Source of the DNA: an archaeon
Lineage (GTDB): Archaea > Nanobdellota > Nanobdellia > Woesearchaeales > GW2011-AR9
Reading direction: 5' to 3'
Length of the DNA stretch: 64,000 nt
NCBI GenBank assembly: GCA_002688265.1
Contig: NZCK01000007.1
Coordinates: 33,685 to 97,684 of the forward strand
A program made the translations under genes and the position numbers. Within the stretch, counting starts at the first letter, position 1, and each line of letters starts with the position of its first letter. The notes under the pieces are model-generated. The model was given only the letters and a program-made list of their open reading frames with translations, was not told the origin of the DNA and searched no databases. Positions 1 through 9,232 of the stretch are shown piece by piece.

Positions 1-624
1 TTAACCTCACAAGGAAAAGAAACAAAAAAAGTTCCAAAACATAAACTTAGCGATAAACATTACCAAAAAATTGCAATAGTTTCTATTTTTAGTATTGCAC
101 TACTTGCAATTATGTTACTTTACGTTAAACAAAGTGTAGGATTTGCAGTCTATTACGATGGGATTACAAATAGTGACTTATCAACACTAGTGGAAGAAAC
201 AATTGAATTATCAGTTGAACAAAATAGTTTCTATTCGTTAATTGAATATGCTGACCTTTGCGTGCAAGTGAACGATGCCGATGCTAGTGCTTCATTTAGA
301 GTGTTAAAAACTCCGTATGGACATACAGTTGAAGGATTAGATGAAAACTGTGATGCTACTTCAGAGAATTACGACTTTGCAGTTTCTTTTAGCACTTGGA
401 ATGATTTTTACACCTTAAGTAACACTATGACTTGTTCAGGTTTAGAAGCAGCTCACTCAGTTCAGCAGAATAGTGTGGCTGCTCGAGGAATGTATGTGTT
501 ACCTTCATATTATGTTGAATCCGGATTTAACAAAGTTGATGGTCGATCGTATACTGACTTTTGTGATGCATTATCTTTGTGTTTAAGTTCTAGTGATTTG
601 GCATTGTTGGATTTGGGATGTTGA
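1..624 (+). CDS. Hypothetical membrane-anchored protein, 5'-partial. The frame is open back to window position 1; the first ATG is at 112.
   Basis: Frame 1 has no stop codon from nt 1. The N-terminal hydrophobic stretch KIAIVSIFSIALLAIMLLYV is followed by a Thr/Ser/Asp-rich soluble domain. No recognisable family. Confidence 0.4.
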   Translation, partial: LTSQGKETKKVPKHKLSDKHYQKIAIVSIFSIALLAIMLLYVKQSVGFAVYYDGITNSDLSTLVEETIELSVEQNSFYSLIEYADLCVQVNDADASASFRVLKTPYGHTVEGLDENCDATSENYDFAVSFSTWNDFYTLSNTMTCSGLEAAHSVQQNSVAARGMYVLPSYYVESGFNKVDGRSYTDFCDALSLCLSSSDLALLDLGC

Positions 625-659
625 GAAAAAAAAAACTAATTATTAAAATATAAAAAAAA

Positions 660-1016
660 TCAACAAAACATTACTCGAAGGTCATAGTCAAACCTTGCTA
701 AGAATTCTTCAGCTGCAACAGAGTTTACATCTTTGATTTGATAATAAATATCCTTACTAAAACAATGAGCACACAAACCCATCTCACTGCCACAACTAAT
801 ACAATGAGTATCGCCAGCAAAATTACTGGTTACAATTCTATCCGGTAAAGCAGGATCTATCTCTCCTAAAACCTGTTTCATCTGATTACCAAGACACTCA
901 GAACAAACAGGATTACTTATTACTTCAGTGCAATCAATACAACGATGAAAAATTGCATTCTTATTTTGCCTAAGTGTATTATCCCAAGAACCCTTTCCAA
1001 GAACGTGACCAACCAT
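660..1016 (-). CDS. Cys/His-rich zinc-finger protein. The track ORF is 660..1109; the likely start is the internal Met of MVGHVLGKG.
   Basis: Motifs HRCIDC, CSEC and HCISCGSEMGLCAHC give eight Cys plus His arranged as paired CxxC knuckles. The N-terminal 31 aa of the track ORF are hydrophobic junk running toward a GC-rich island. Confidence 0.4.
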   Translation of the reverse strand: MVGHVLGKGSWDNTLRQNKNAIFHRCIDCTEVISNPVCSECLGNQMKQVLGEIDPALPDRIVTSNFAGDTHCISCGSEMGLCAHCFSKDIYYQIKDVNSVAAEEFLARFDYDLRVMFC

Positions 1017-1154
1017 ATTATAGCACCTCGCTTTTAGTATATTAGAAAAGAGAAATAGAAGAGATATATATAGTTTGTGAAAATACCATATAGGACAATA
1101 TATATTCATAATAAATTAGGAAAAATTATCTTTTGGTATCTTAATTTAATTAAA

Positions 1155-1300
1155 GAAATAAGAGGGAGCCCATAGGACTCCCAACATCCATCCACCTCTT
1201 GTGATATGATATAAGAGGAAAGGTTAAGAGCAGATGTTCCTGCGAGAGGGGGGTGAGGGTGGTAGAATGCAGGAACATCCAATCTCAATCCGTTAATAAC
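1155..1300. ncRNA. GC-rich structured RNA-like island, candidate ncRNA of unknown class.
   Basis: Local GC is far above the surroundings. A perfect 11-bp stem (1233-1243 gatgttcctgc with 1269-1279 gcaggaacatc) encloses the purine-rich loop gagaggggggtgagggtggtagaat. Two further hairpins are gggag/ctccc and cctctt/aagagg. The overlapping track ORF 1106..1306 is judged spurious. Confidence 0.3.
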
Positions 1301-1489
1301 AAGCAAAGTGCCTTATGTATATAAATGTTACTATTTTGTATACTGGTGTGTATTCGTGGCACAATTGTACCTTAATTTGCTCAAATCTGCCCAAAAAAGC
1401 AAGAGGTTACGCGCTTTACAGATATTATCATCCTAATATTATAGCCCAGTTTCAGCAATAATTATAAAGCACAAAACATTCATCTTCTC

Positions 1490-2053
1490 TTGATGGTTGA
1501 ACAAATTAAAGAGGCACAAGTTGTACAAAAACACCTCAGTACGATTCTTTCAGCACAATTATTCTTCTCAATTTTGTTTGGAGGTTTGGGATTTTGGATG
1601 TTCAGTAAACTTGGAAAACAATTTGCAGGCATCATCACAGTGATATTCTCGTTAGAAAATTTTAGCTCTCACTCAATGGCTTCAGTAATTATGGCAAGTG
1701 TGGCTTTTATTGCAATTAATTTTTTAGTTGTTTACACAGTAGGAGCTCACTATGGAATGAAAAAAAGTTTTTCAACTAGTATTATTGGAATGCTAGCAAC
1801 ATCAGCTTTGGCTGTAATGTTAATCTCAGTTACTGATTCAAGTTTACTAATTCCAATTTTATTACTCTCATTATTAATTGCAGTCTTTGGATTTCATAGT
1901 TCTAATCAAGTTCATGCCAGCTTGCAGATAAGTAAAACAATTTCTAAATCAAGAAAAGTTTATAGAAAGAAAATTAAGAAAAAAACTGTTCCTAAAGTAA
2001 GAATCAAATCAAAATCTAACACAAAACAAAAAAGAAGAAAAAAGAGAAAGTAG
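1490..2053 (+). CDS. Small multi-TM membrane protein with a Lys-rich C-terminal tail.
   Basis: Four to five hydrophobic helices, then KSRKVYRKKIKKKTVPKVRIKSKSNTKQKRRKKRK. No family recognised. Confidence 0.5.
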   Translation: MMVEQIKEAQVVQKHLSTILSAQLFFSILFGGLGFWMFSKLGKQFAGIITVIFSLENFSSHSMASVIMASVAFIAINFLVVYTVGAHYGMKKSFSTSIIGMLATSALAVMLISVTDSSLLIPILLLSLLIAVFGFHSSNQVHASLQISKTISKSRKVYRKKIKKKTVPKVRIKSKSNTKQKRRKKRK

Positions 2054-2061
2054 GTCTTTTT

Positions 2062-3321
2062 ATGAAAGAAGCAGTACGTCAAAGTTTGATTAAAGATGTA
2101 GATCGTGCAATTAATATTCTAAACGAAGACTCTTCTAAAGAAAGAAAAGATCTTCAGAGTTTAAGTGAACATGTAATTGGAGATGTTGCCTTATATCGTA
2201 ATGTTGATGCTGTAACACTGGCTATATTAATCTATTCCATCTACAAAACTCTTCCTTGTATCTCTGAAAAACAACAAGAGGAATTAGTTACTAGACTAAC
2301 AAAACTAAGAATACATCTACAGAAAAAACAGTTTACTAAGTATAATGACTCTATGAAAAGATTGTTTGAAATGCTGCGATTATGTAATTCACAGATTAAA
2401 ACACATATTCAAGATGTGTTCTACGCTGCTAAAATCAAAAAAGGAACAAACCTACTGGAACAAGGATTGTCACTGGCACGGGCAGCAGATTTAATGGGAG
2501 TTAGTCGATGGGATGTCCTACAATATGGGGGATCAAGCGTAACACAAACAGAACACAGTGAAAGTTGGCCGGCAGCAAAAAGGTTGGCACTAGCCCGCAA
2601 AGTATTTTCGGCTAACAGTCTCCACAAAGTATTGTTGGTTGATGCTGGACCAATAATAACTCTTGCTTTATCGCAATTACTTTGGGTTTTAAAACCACTC
2701 AAAGAAAAAACAGGTATGACTTTTTACATTACTCCTGCTGTTTATTCAGAGTTAGTTGAAAAACCACAAACAATTAAAAGATTTCAATTTGAAGCATTGC
2801 ATGTACAGAAGTTGATCAGGGAAGGCGTTTTAACAATGTATGAAAAAAGAATTAGTAAACAAGTAACTTCTAGTTTAACACGACTTGCTAACAATTCTTT
2901 TATGATTAAAGAAGGCCCTTTGGAAATATTACAAGCAGGTGAGCTGGAGACTTTGGCTCTATCCATTGAAACTAAAGCAGCGATGTTAATGGATGAGAGA
3001 ACTTTGCGTTTGTTAATTGAAAGACCAGAAGGAATGAAAAGATTACTTGAAGATCGGAAACGTAAGAAAGTTAAGAAGAACCCCAAGAAGTTAAAAGAGT
3101 TTCAACAACTAGCTGGTCGTCCAGGGATTATTCGCTCAATTGAAGTGATTGCAGTTGCTTTTGAGTTGGGTTTGCTTGATCCTTATTTGCCAACAGAAGG
3201 TGATCTTTCTTCTCGAAGGGAAACCTTGTTAAAAGCAATTTTATGGAATGCTAAGTATCATGGGGCTTCTGTAATTGATCATGAAATTGATGAATTGATA
3301 AGAGGAGTTTTGGGGAAGTGA
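2062..3321 (+). CDS. Helix-turn-helix plus PIN-like nuclease domain protein.
   Basis: HTH-like segment LSLARAADLMGVSRWDVLQY. PIN-like core is LLVDAGPIITL ... EALHVQKL ... GELETLALSIE ... LMDERTLR, with the acidic residues in PIN-typical spacing. Ends with TGA. Confidence 0.5.
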   Translation: MKEAVRQSLIKDVDRAINILNEDSSKERKDLQSLSEHVIGDVALYRNVDAVTLAILIYSIYKTLPCISEKQQEELVTRLTKLRIHLQKKQFTKYNDSMKRLFEMLRLCNSQIKTHIQDVFYAAKIKKGTNLLEQGLSLARAADLMGVSRWDVLQYGGSSVTQTEHSESWPAAKRLALARKVFSANSLHKVLLVDAGPIITLALSQLLWVLKPLKEKTGMTFYITPAVYSELVEKPQTIKRFQFEALHVQKLIREGVLTMYEKRISKQVTSSLTRLANNSFMIKEGPLEILQAGELETLALSIETKAAMLMDERTLRLLIERPEGMKRLLEDRKRKKVKKNPKKLKEFQQLAGRPGIIRSIEVIAVAFELGLLDPYLPTEGDLSSRRETLLKAILWNAKYHGASVIDHEIDELIRGVLGK

Positions 3322-3342
3322 AAGTTATTATTCTCACAGTAG

Positions 3343-3486
3343 ATAAGGGCGAACGCGCGGCCCTACGCTAAAGCTTTAAATGTTTGACAAAGCTTGCGAT
3401 TTCGACCTGAGCGAAGCGAAGCTGAGAAGTGGAACCCAAGCCCGGCCGCGTTCCGAGCGTTTGTTGTACAAACGCGAAGCCTTATC
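3343..3486. ncRNA. Conserved GC-rich structured element, copy A. It is homologous to 53277-53425 in inverse orientation.
   Basis: Terminal helix gataagg/ccttatc. Inner long helix gggcgaacgcgcggcc with ggccgcgttcc. Internal hairpins aagcttt...aaagctt and cgtttg-ttgta-caaacg. It shares gggcgaacgYgcggcc, tcgacctgagc, gcgaagYtgagaRgYggaac, gcccggccgcgttccgag and cgaagcc with the reverse complement of copy B. The outer stem covaries between copies (ttggggagg/cctccccaa in B). Confidence 0.45.
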
Positions 3487-3547
3487 TACACCAATTTTCT
3501 TCTATTACAAGAGTAACTTATTTAAATTATTAAATTCTTGATACCGT

Positions 3548-3757
3548 ATGGACAAAAAATGTCTCATTTGTAATGCTCCAGCTGAGTACATGATTAAAGA
3601 CTCCACAGATTTCTACTGCAAAGGATGCGCTCTTGATTATTTTGCAGACCTAGATATGCTTTGCAAAGTTGAAGTTGAAGCGCAAAAGTTAAAAGAATTC
3701 TTGAATGATAAAGTTACACTTGATTCCGATGGACAGGTTGTGATGAAAGAAGAATAA
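3548..3757 (+). CDS. Small zinc-ribbon protein.
   Basis: CLIC...19 aa...CKGC, with an acidic C-terminus. 69 aa. Confidence 0.4.
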   Translation: MDKKCLICNAPAEYMIKDSTDFYCKGCALDYFADLDMLCKVEVEAQKLKEFLNDKVTLDSDGQVVMKEE

Positions 3758-3764
3758 TTTTGTA

Positions 3765-4532
3765 TCAATTTCTAATTGGTCTTTCTTCTAACATTTCTAA
3801 AAAGGAAGTTAAGGCTCCTGGTTTAGTTTGTTTTGAGAATGGAAGTTCTCTTACTGAGATATATTTATTTTTGTAGTTACCATCAATTCTACAACTGATA
3901 CTATCAACCCTAATTGAAAAAACTGATTGGCCACCTACAAAATACCTCCCTGAATTACTACCTAATTCAAAAGATAAATGACCTTGATCTTCTCCTTCTT
4001 CGTGAGTCCAAGATCGCCAGTGCCTTGAGTCATAAGAAGGGTCTCTGTTATGTGCTGGAATAATTGGGCTTGGAGAAAACAATATTCCTGCTGTGCTCTT
4101 AATCCGATGATAAGGCTGAGTTGGTCCAGAAATATCTGGAACAAGAAATCTAGCAGCAAGTTTTTGACGTTCACCGATAGGAAACTCAATTGCAGTTAAA
4201 AAAAGATCCACTTGTTGAATACCAATCATTCCTAAAAAATTAAAATATGGAGTTGCATCACTTCCACAAATTTCAGTAACAGATGCCGAAAGTTCTGCTT
4301 CTTTTGCTAATAATTGTTCATCAGTGACTCTTTGGTATGACCCCCAATCCAAATAACTTATCCCATAGCTCCCACTTAGTTCAGTAGTGAAAATCTTAGG
4401 ATTCTCATTAATTACTTCTGCACCTTCACCACCAGTCTCTGGAAGTTTTAATCCTTTAAGTTCAGTTAGAAATGAAGGATACCAATCTAGAAAATTAAGA
4501 ATCTTAGCTTCAATTCCTTTAACATTTTGCAT
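3765..4532 (-). CDS. Hypothetical soluble protein.
   Basis: 255-aa ORF with an AGGAAG-like spacing before the start. No motif I can assign with confidence. Confidence 0.45.
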   Translation of the reverse strand: MQNVKGIEAKILNFLDWYPSFLTELKGLKLPETGGEGAEVINENPKIFTTELSGSYGISYLDWGSYQRVTDEQLLAKEAELSASVTEICGSDATPYFNFLGMIGIQQVDLFLTAIEFPIGERQKLAARFLVPDISGPTQPYHRIKSTAGILFSPSPIIPAHNRDPSYDSRHWRSWTHEEGEDQGHLSFELGSNSGRYFVGGQSVFSIRVDSISCRIDGNYKNKYISVRELPFSKQTKPGALTSFLEMLEERPIRN

Positions 4533-4619
4533 GATTGCATATTTTAGCCTATTTTTTATAAATAATTCCTGTCTGTTTCATCACAACACATATAAAGCTA
4601 AATTTCTTTAGAAAGGAAG

Positions 4620-5246
4620 ATGTATCAATACCAAAAAAGTAAACCTATCAAACTAGGCCCTATAAAAACAAGTTCCATCGAACTTAAAGACATCCTCAAA
4701 GGATGGACTGCACTATCATTTGCATTTGCTTTATTGTACTCTGGAACCTATATGCTAGGAGGACAATCATTTAGTAACATTTTATCTCCTGGATTTGGGA
4801 TAATATTTTTAATTTCATTATTCACTGCAGGTCTTGGTTTTGTTCTACACGAACTAGCCCACAAATTTGTAGCTCAACATTACGGTTGCATTGCAGAATT
4901 TAGAGCCTTTGATAAAATGTTATATTTAGCAGTAGGCCTTGCAGCATTTGTTGGTTGGATCTTTGCAGCACCTGGAGCAGTTATGATCTCAGGAACTGTA
5001 ACACGAAAAGAAAATGGAATCATAAGTATTGCAGGACCTGCTACTAACTTTGTTTTGGCAGGCGTTTTTTGGTTTATAGCACAAACAATGCCTATCTTCA
5101 CAATAGGTTTTTTCGTGAACGCTTGGCTGGGACTATTTAATCTAATTCCATTCGGAAATTTGGATGGAAAGAAAGTCTTGATGTGGAGCAAAGCTTGGTG
5201 GACAGGATCTGTTGTAGTTGGTGTAGGATTGTTGTTTTTTCTGTAA
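4620..5246 (+). CDS. Site-2 protease family (M50) intramembrane zinc metalloprotease.
   Basis: HExxH motif (LHELAHKFVAQHYG) in a TM helix. It also has the S2P-type LFNLIPFGNLDGKKV (N-x2-P-x4-LDG) motif. Multi-TM protein with an AGGAAG RBS-like sequence before the ATG. Confidence 0.75.
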   Translation: MYQYQKSKPIKLGPIKTSSIELKDILKGWTALSFAFALLYSGTYMLGGQSFSNILSPGFGIIFLISLFTAGLGFVLHELAHKFVAQHYGCIAEFRAFDKMLYLAVGLAAFVGWIFAAPGAVMISGTVTRKENGIISIAGPATNFVLAGVFWFIAQTMPIFTIGFFVNAWLGLFNLIPFGNLDGKKVLMWSKAWWTGSVVVGVGLLFFL

Positions 5247-5335
5247 TTTTTTCCTACATTAGATTTAGCTATAACAATTTCAACCAGTAAACTACATCAA
5301 CAAATTTATAAATATTAATTACTTCTTAGAAAATT

Positions 5336-5536
5336 GTGGCACTTACAAAAACAGATAAAGAATTATTACATATTCTTGTACAAAAAGAAATCAATGAAAT
5401 GAAAGCAGATGCAAAAAAGCTTATGATTGTCAACGCAGAATACATCACAACTTCTAAAGATAATAGTGATTTAGAATTCTTAAAAGCTGAAGAGAAATAT
5501 GAAGAAATTCTCCAAAAATTACTGAAAAAGTTGTAG
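5336..5536 (+). CDS. Small charged coiled-coil protein with a GTG start.
   Basis: 66-aa K/E-rich ORF. No family. May not be expressed. Confidence 0.2.
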   Translation: MALTKTDKELLHILVQKEINEMKADAKKLMIVNAEYITTSKDNSDLEFLKAEEKYEEILQKLLKKL

Positions 5537-5847
5537 AAATAAACAAAGAGAAAACTATAAAGAAGATTGTTAATTTTCATCATTTCTAAAAAGCAAATCA
5601 TTGCATTAATTAATTATTGAAATTTCTAAAAAAGAAGTAAAAGATTATGCCAAATCAACAACAGGAAAACTTCGCCAAACGAGTGAAATAAAGACAAATT
5701 CTTCCTGTTTTACAGAAATGTTTATATACTTTAGAATTATTCGTTACTGGCACAAGGCAAATTTTATGCATTGTATAAAGAGGTAATTTGAATTTTTTAG
5801 AGGTGAAAAGTTCTTTATATTATTTCTTTGAAAACGAGGTGGTTGGA

Positions 5848-5973
5848 GTGAAACAATACGTTTTTCAAGAAGTTAAAAAGTTCAAAATACAAAGGTGCTG
5901 CAAAAGTTGCGGAACCAGAATGGTTGTTGAGAACGCAAACAGATATTATTGCAGAGGATGTCGGGGCTATTAG
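5848..5973 (+). CDS. Small zinc-ribbon protein. GTG start preceded by GAGGTGG; the track version starts at TTG 5788.
   Basis: CCKSCGTRMVVENANRYYCRGC is a C-x2-C...C-x2-C ribbon. A Shine-Dalgarno-like gaggtgg lies 8 nt upstream of GTG 5848. Confidence 0.35.
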   Translation: MKQYVFQEVKKFKIQRCCKSCGTRMVVENANRYYCRGCRGY

Positions 5974-6313
5974 CCCGATTCTTTTTTTCTTTTCATATTT
6001 ATTTTCAAAACTAACTAATCACAACTTAGATTCTATGATCAATAATAATTCACAATAGTGTTCACCAGACAGTGCAAAGGAACTTTAATATAGCAGTTTA
6101 TTTCTGAAAATGATACTCTTTTTTGGAGAAATATTAGCTTAATAAAACTGTTTTTGAAAACTCAACCTGAACAGATTATATTTTGCATTACAAGAAGATA
6201 TTTAAACTAATGAAACCCAAAATAGTAATTATAATTTACAATCAAATTGATTTAAAAAATAACAAAGATAAGTAAAAAATTGTTCACATTTTTTTACAAG
6301 AGGTGGTGTTAAA

Positions 6314-8899
6314 ATGATTACAAAAGTACAAAAAGCAGATGGAACAGTAGTAGATTTCGATAAAGATTTTACAATTTCTTCATTATCACATATCTTACAA
6401 GAAAAAGCATCAATGGCAGAATCTGAGGCTGTAGAGATTGCAACAAACATAGTCAAAGTGATTGATAACCGAGAGATCGAAACACCATCAACAACAGATT
6501 TTGAACAATTAGTTAACTTAGTTGTGACAACCACTAAACTGGCTAGCAAAGGACAAGAAGTTGCTAACGAAGAAACAATAACAGAATTAGAATCAAACAC
6601 AGAAGAAGTCCAAACACAAACAGTTTCTGAAACTGAAGAAAAAAATGAAGAAGTGGTTGAAGAAATCCTTACTCAAGAAACTGCAACAGAACTACAAACA
6701 GATTTGAAACATTTACAAGAACATAATATAGATGTTAACGAACAAGCAACAAGAATCCTTAGCGAATCTACTGTTTTCGATGAACTTGGAAGATCCATTT
6801 TCTTAGACCGATACTCACTAAAATGTAAAAGAGACGATATTGAACAAGGAGACTTAGTAATTGCAATTACAAAAGAAGATCCAAAATATCCTAAAAAAGA
6901 TTTAGGGATTGTTAAGTCAATTGAAGGGGATAAATTTGCTTTACATATGATAACCGGAATGTATGCAGACACTGAAAACAATTACGAATTTACAACTTCC
7001 ATTTGGAAATGCGATAAACCAATAGAATCAATTAAGCAAGCACACAAAAGAATCGCACATGCAGCATCCACTATGGAAAAAACTCCAGAACTACAAGAAA
7101 AATGGGAGGCTGCATTCTTTGAAGAATTAAGTAAAAAACATATTCAACCAGCAGGAAGAATTATGACTGGAGCAAATGTTGGAGAAGGATACACACAAAA
7201 CTTGACTCTTTACAACTGTTATGTAATTCCTAGCCCACAAGATAGTAGAGAAGGAATTATTCAAGAAACACTCCACCAAATGACAGAAATTATGAGTAGA
7301 GGAGGAGGTGTTGGAATTAACCTATCAACTTTGCGTCCACGATACTCATATGTACAAGGAGTACATGGAAAATCTAGTGGAGCAGTTTCATGGGGAGGAC
7401 TTTACAGTTACACAACTGCCTTAATTGAACAAGGCGGTAGTCGTCGTGGAGCGCTAATGCTAATGCTTCAAGATTGGCACCCAGATGTAATTGAATTTAT
7501 CTCAGCTAAACGGAAAAAAGGAATGATTGAAAATGCAAACATTTCAGTTTTGTTTTCTGATAAATTCATGGAAGCTTTATCTAAAGGAGAAGATTGGAAT
7601 TTGGAATTTCCAGACTACGAAGCTGCTGGAATAAAACCTATTTACAAAGATGAATGGACTGGAGATATTGATCTTTGGAAATCAAAAGGTTACCCTACCA
7701 AAATTTACAATACAATCCCTGCAAGTGAAATCTGGGATCAAGTTATTAGTTCTGCTCACGCTAGCGCCGAACCAGGATTAGTTTTCATGGAACGTTACAA
7801 TAAAATGAGTAATTCATATTACTTCAATCCAATAATTTGCACCAACCCGTGCGGCGAACAAGGTTTACCTGCTTGGGGGGTTTGTAACTTAGGTCATCTT
7901 TATTTAGCCTCATTTGCAAGAAAAGTTGGAGAAGATGAAATTGGACCACTTTATGAAATTAATTGGTCAGATTTAAAAAAAGCTACTGCAACCCTTTCAC
8001 GATTCTTGGATAATGTAATTGATCTTACTCCATACCACTTCCAAGAAAACGAAGATAATCAAAAAGGAGAAAGACGAATTGGACTTGGGACTTTAGGTCT
8101 AGGAGAATTATTAATTAAATTACGTCTACGTTACGGTTCACCAGAATCGTTGGAATTAATAGATGAAATTTACAAGCAAATTTCTTTAGCTGTTTACAAA
8201 AGCAGTATTGAACTATCTAAAGAAAAAGGCATGTTTCCAAAATGTGACCCTGAAAAAATTGTAAAAAGTGGATTCATTCAAACACTGCCTGAAGAATTGC
8301 AAGCAGAAATTGTAGAACACGGTTTGCGTAACGTGACATTGACAACACAAGCTCCAACTGGAACTGTAGGAACAATGCTTGGAACTTCAACTGGAATTGA
8401 ACCATACTATGCCTTCGAATTTTTTAGGCAATCACGATTGGGATTTCATAAAGTGAATATTCCTCTTGCTGAAGGATACAAAGATAGTGAAGGTAATTTG
8501 CCAGATTTTTTTGTAACTGCAATGCAGATGACCCCATTAGATCATATTAGGGTGCAAGCAGCTGTACAACGTTGGACAGATTCTTCAATATCTAAAACCG
8601 CAAATGCACCTGAAGACTTCACTGTAGAGCAAACAAAACAATTGTATGAAGAAGCGTATCGCCTAGGTTGTAAAGGAGTTACAATCTATCGGGACAATTG
8701 CAGATATGAACAAGTTCTAACTACTGATGCTGAAACTGAAGAAAAAAATGCTAACAATGGAGATTGGGAAGCCAGTAATAAAGTTGAAGCGAAAGCAGAA
8801 TTGGCTGCGGTCTCTGAAACTGAAGAAACAATTGAAGGTGGCAAATGCGAATTAAAGTTTGATGAGAACGGCCAGATGTTTAAAAGCTGTAGTGATTAG
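6314..8899 (+). CDS. nrdJ: Adenosylcobalamin-dependent (class II) ribonucleotide reductase with an N-terminal ATP-cone.
   Basis: The ATP-cone-like N-terminus is VQKADGTVVDFDKDF. Class II RNR signature region is LYNCYVIP ... CTNPCGEQGLPAWGVCNLGHL. 861 aa. An RBS-like agaggtggtg precedes the ATG. Confidence 0.88.
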   Translation: MITKVQKADGTVVDFDKDFTISSLSHILQEKASMAESEAVEIATNIVKVIDNREIETPSTTDFEQLVNLVVTTTKLASKGQEVANEETITELESNTEEVQTQTVSETEEKNEEVVEEILTQETATELQTDLKHLQEHNIDVNEQATRILSESTVFDELGRSIFLDRYSLKCKRDDIEQGDLVIAITKEDPKYPKKDLGIVKSIEGDKFALHMITGMYADTENNYEFTTSIWKCDKPIESIKQAHKRIAHAASTMEKTPELQEKWEAAFFEELSKKHIQPAGRIMTGANVGEGYTQNLTLYNCYVIPSPQDSREGIIQETLHQMTEIMSRGGGVGINLSTLRPRYSYVQGVHGKSSGAVSWGGLYSYTTALIEQGGSRRGALMLMLQDWHPDVIEFISAKRKKGMIENANISVLFSDKFMEALSKGEDWNLEFPDYEAAGIKPIYKDEWTGDIDLWKSKGYPTKIYNTIPASEIWDQVISSAHASAEPGLVFMERYNKMSNSYYFNPIICTNPCGEQGLPAWGVCNLGHLYLASFARKVGEDEIGPLYEINWSDLKKATATLSRFLDNVIDLTPYHFQENEDNQKGERRIGLGTLGLGELLIKLRLRYGSPESLELIDEIYKQISLAVYKSSIELSKEKGMFPKCDPEKIVKSGFIQTLPEELQAEIVEHGLRNVTLTTQAPTGTVGTMLGTSTGIEPYYAFEFFRQSRLGFHKVNIPLAEGYKDSEGNLPDFFVTAMQMTPLDHIRVQAAVQRWTDSSISKTANAPEDFTVEQTKQLYEEAYRLGCKGVTIYRDNCRYEQVLTTDAETEEKNANNGDWEASNKVEAKAELAAVSETEETIEGGKCELKFDENGQMFKSCSD

Positions 8900-8902
8900 G
8901 GA

Positions 8903-8935
8903 TTTTTTGGTTTTACTTTTTTTATTTCATTGTTA
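8903..8935 (+). terminator. T-rich tract downstream of nrdJ (archaeal oligo-T terminator candidate).
   Basis: ggattttttggttttactttttttatttc lies immediately after the TAG stop. Confidence 0.25.
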
Positions 8936-8990
8936 AGATTCTATAAATTGATTCTAAAAAACCGTACGTATTAAATTCCATTTAAAATAC

Positions 8991-9160
8991 TTCAAGAGTA
9001 TGGCGGCACGGCCTGTGGCTTAAACAAACACAATCTCGAGCAAAGCTCTCCAAGCTGACTTTGCTAAAGCAAAGTAAGTTTTCCTGAAAATCCTACAGAA
9101 TTTTCTTTAAAGGTAAAATGTTTCTGTTTAAGGGCCTCGATGGGCGGCCATACTCTTGAA
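8991..9160. ncRNA. Rod-like structured element with a perfect 14-bp terminal inverted repeat. It could be an ncRNA or a miniature inverted-repeat element.
   Basis: ttcaagagtatggc (8991-9004) is the exact reverse complement of gccatactcttgaa (9147-9160). The stem continues as ggcc/ggcc and cttaaac/gtttaag. Internal hairpins are agcaaag...ctttgct and gaaaat...attttc. The island sits in the 330-nt gap between nrdJ and pyrB. Confidence 0.35.
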
Positions 9161-9232
9161 AATGTAGTTAACTTAATACATACAAAAAACCAACATATTT
9201 TTATATTTCATTGATTTATAGATATTTTTGAT

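Noticed and set aside
1106-1306. Track ORF 1106..1306 (66 aa) as a protein-coding gene.
   Set aside because: Its low-complexity composition (HPHPPLAGTSALN) coincides exactly with a GC-rich hairpin-rich island. Structure in RNA or DNA explains the open frame better.
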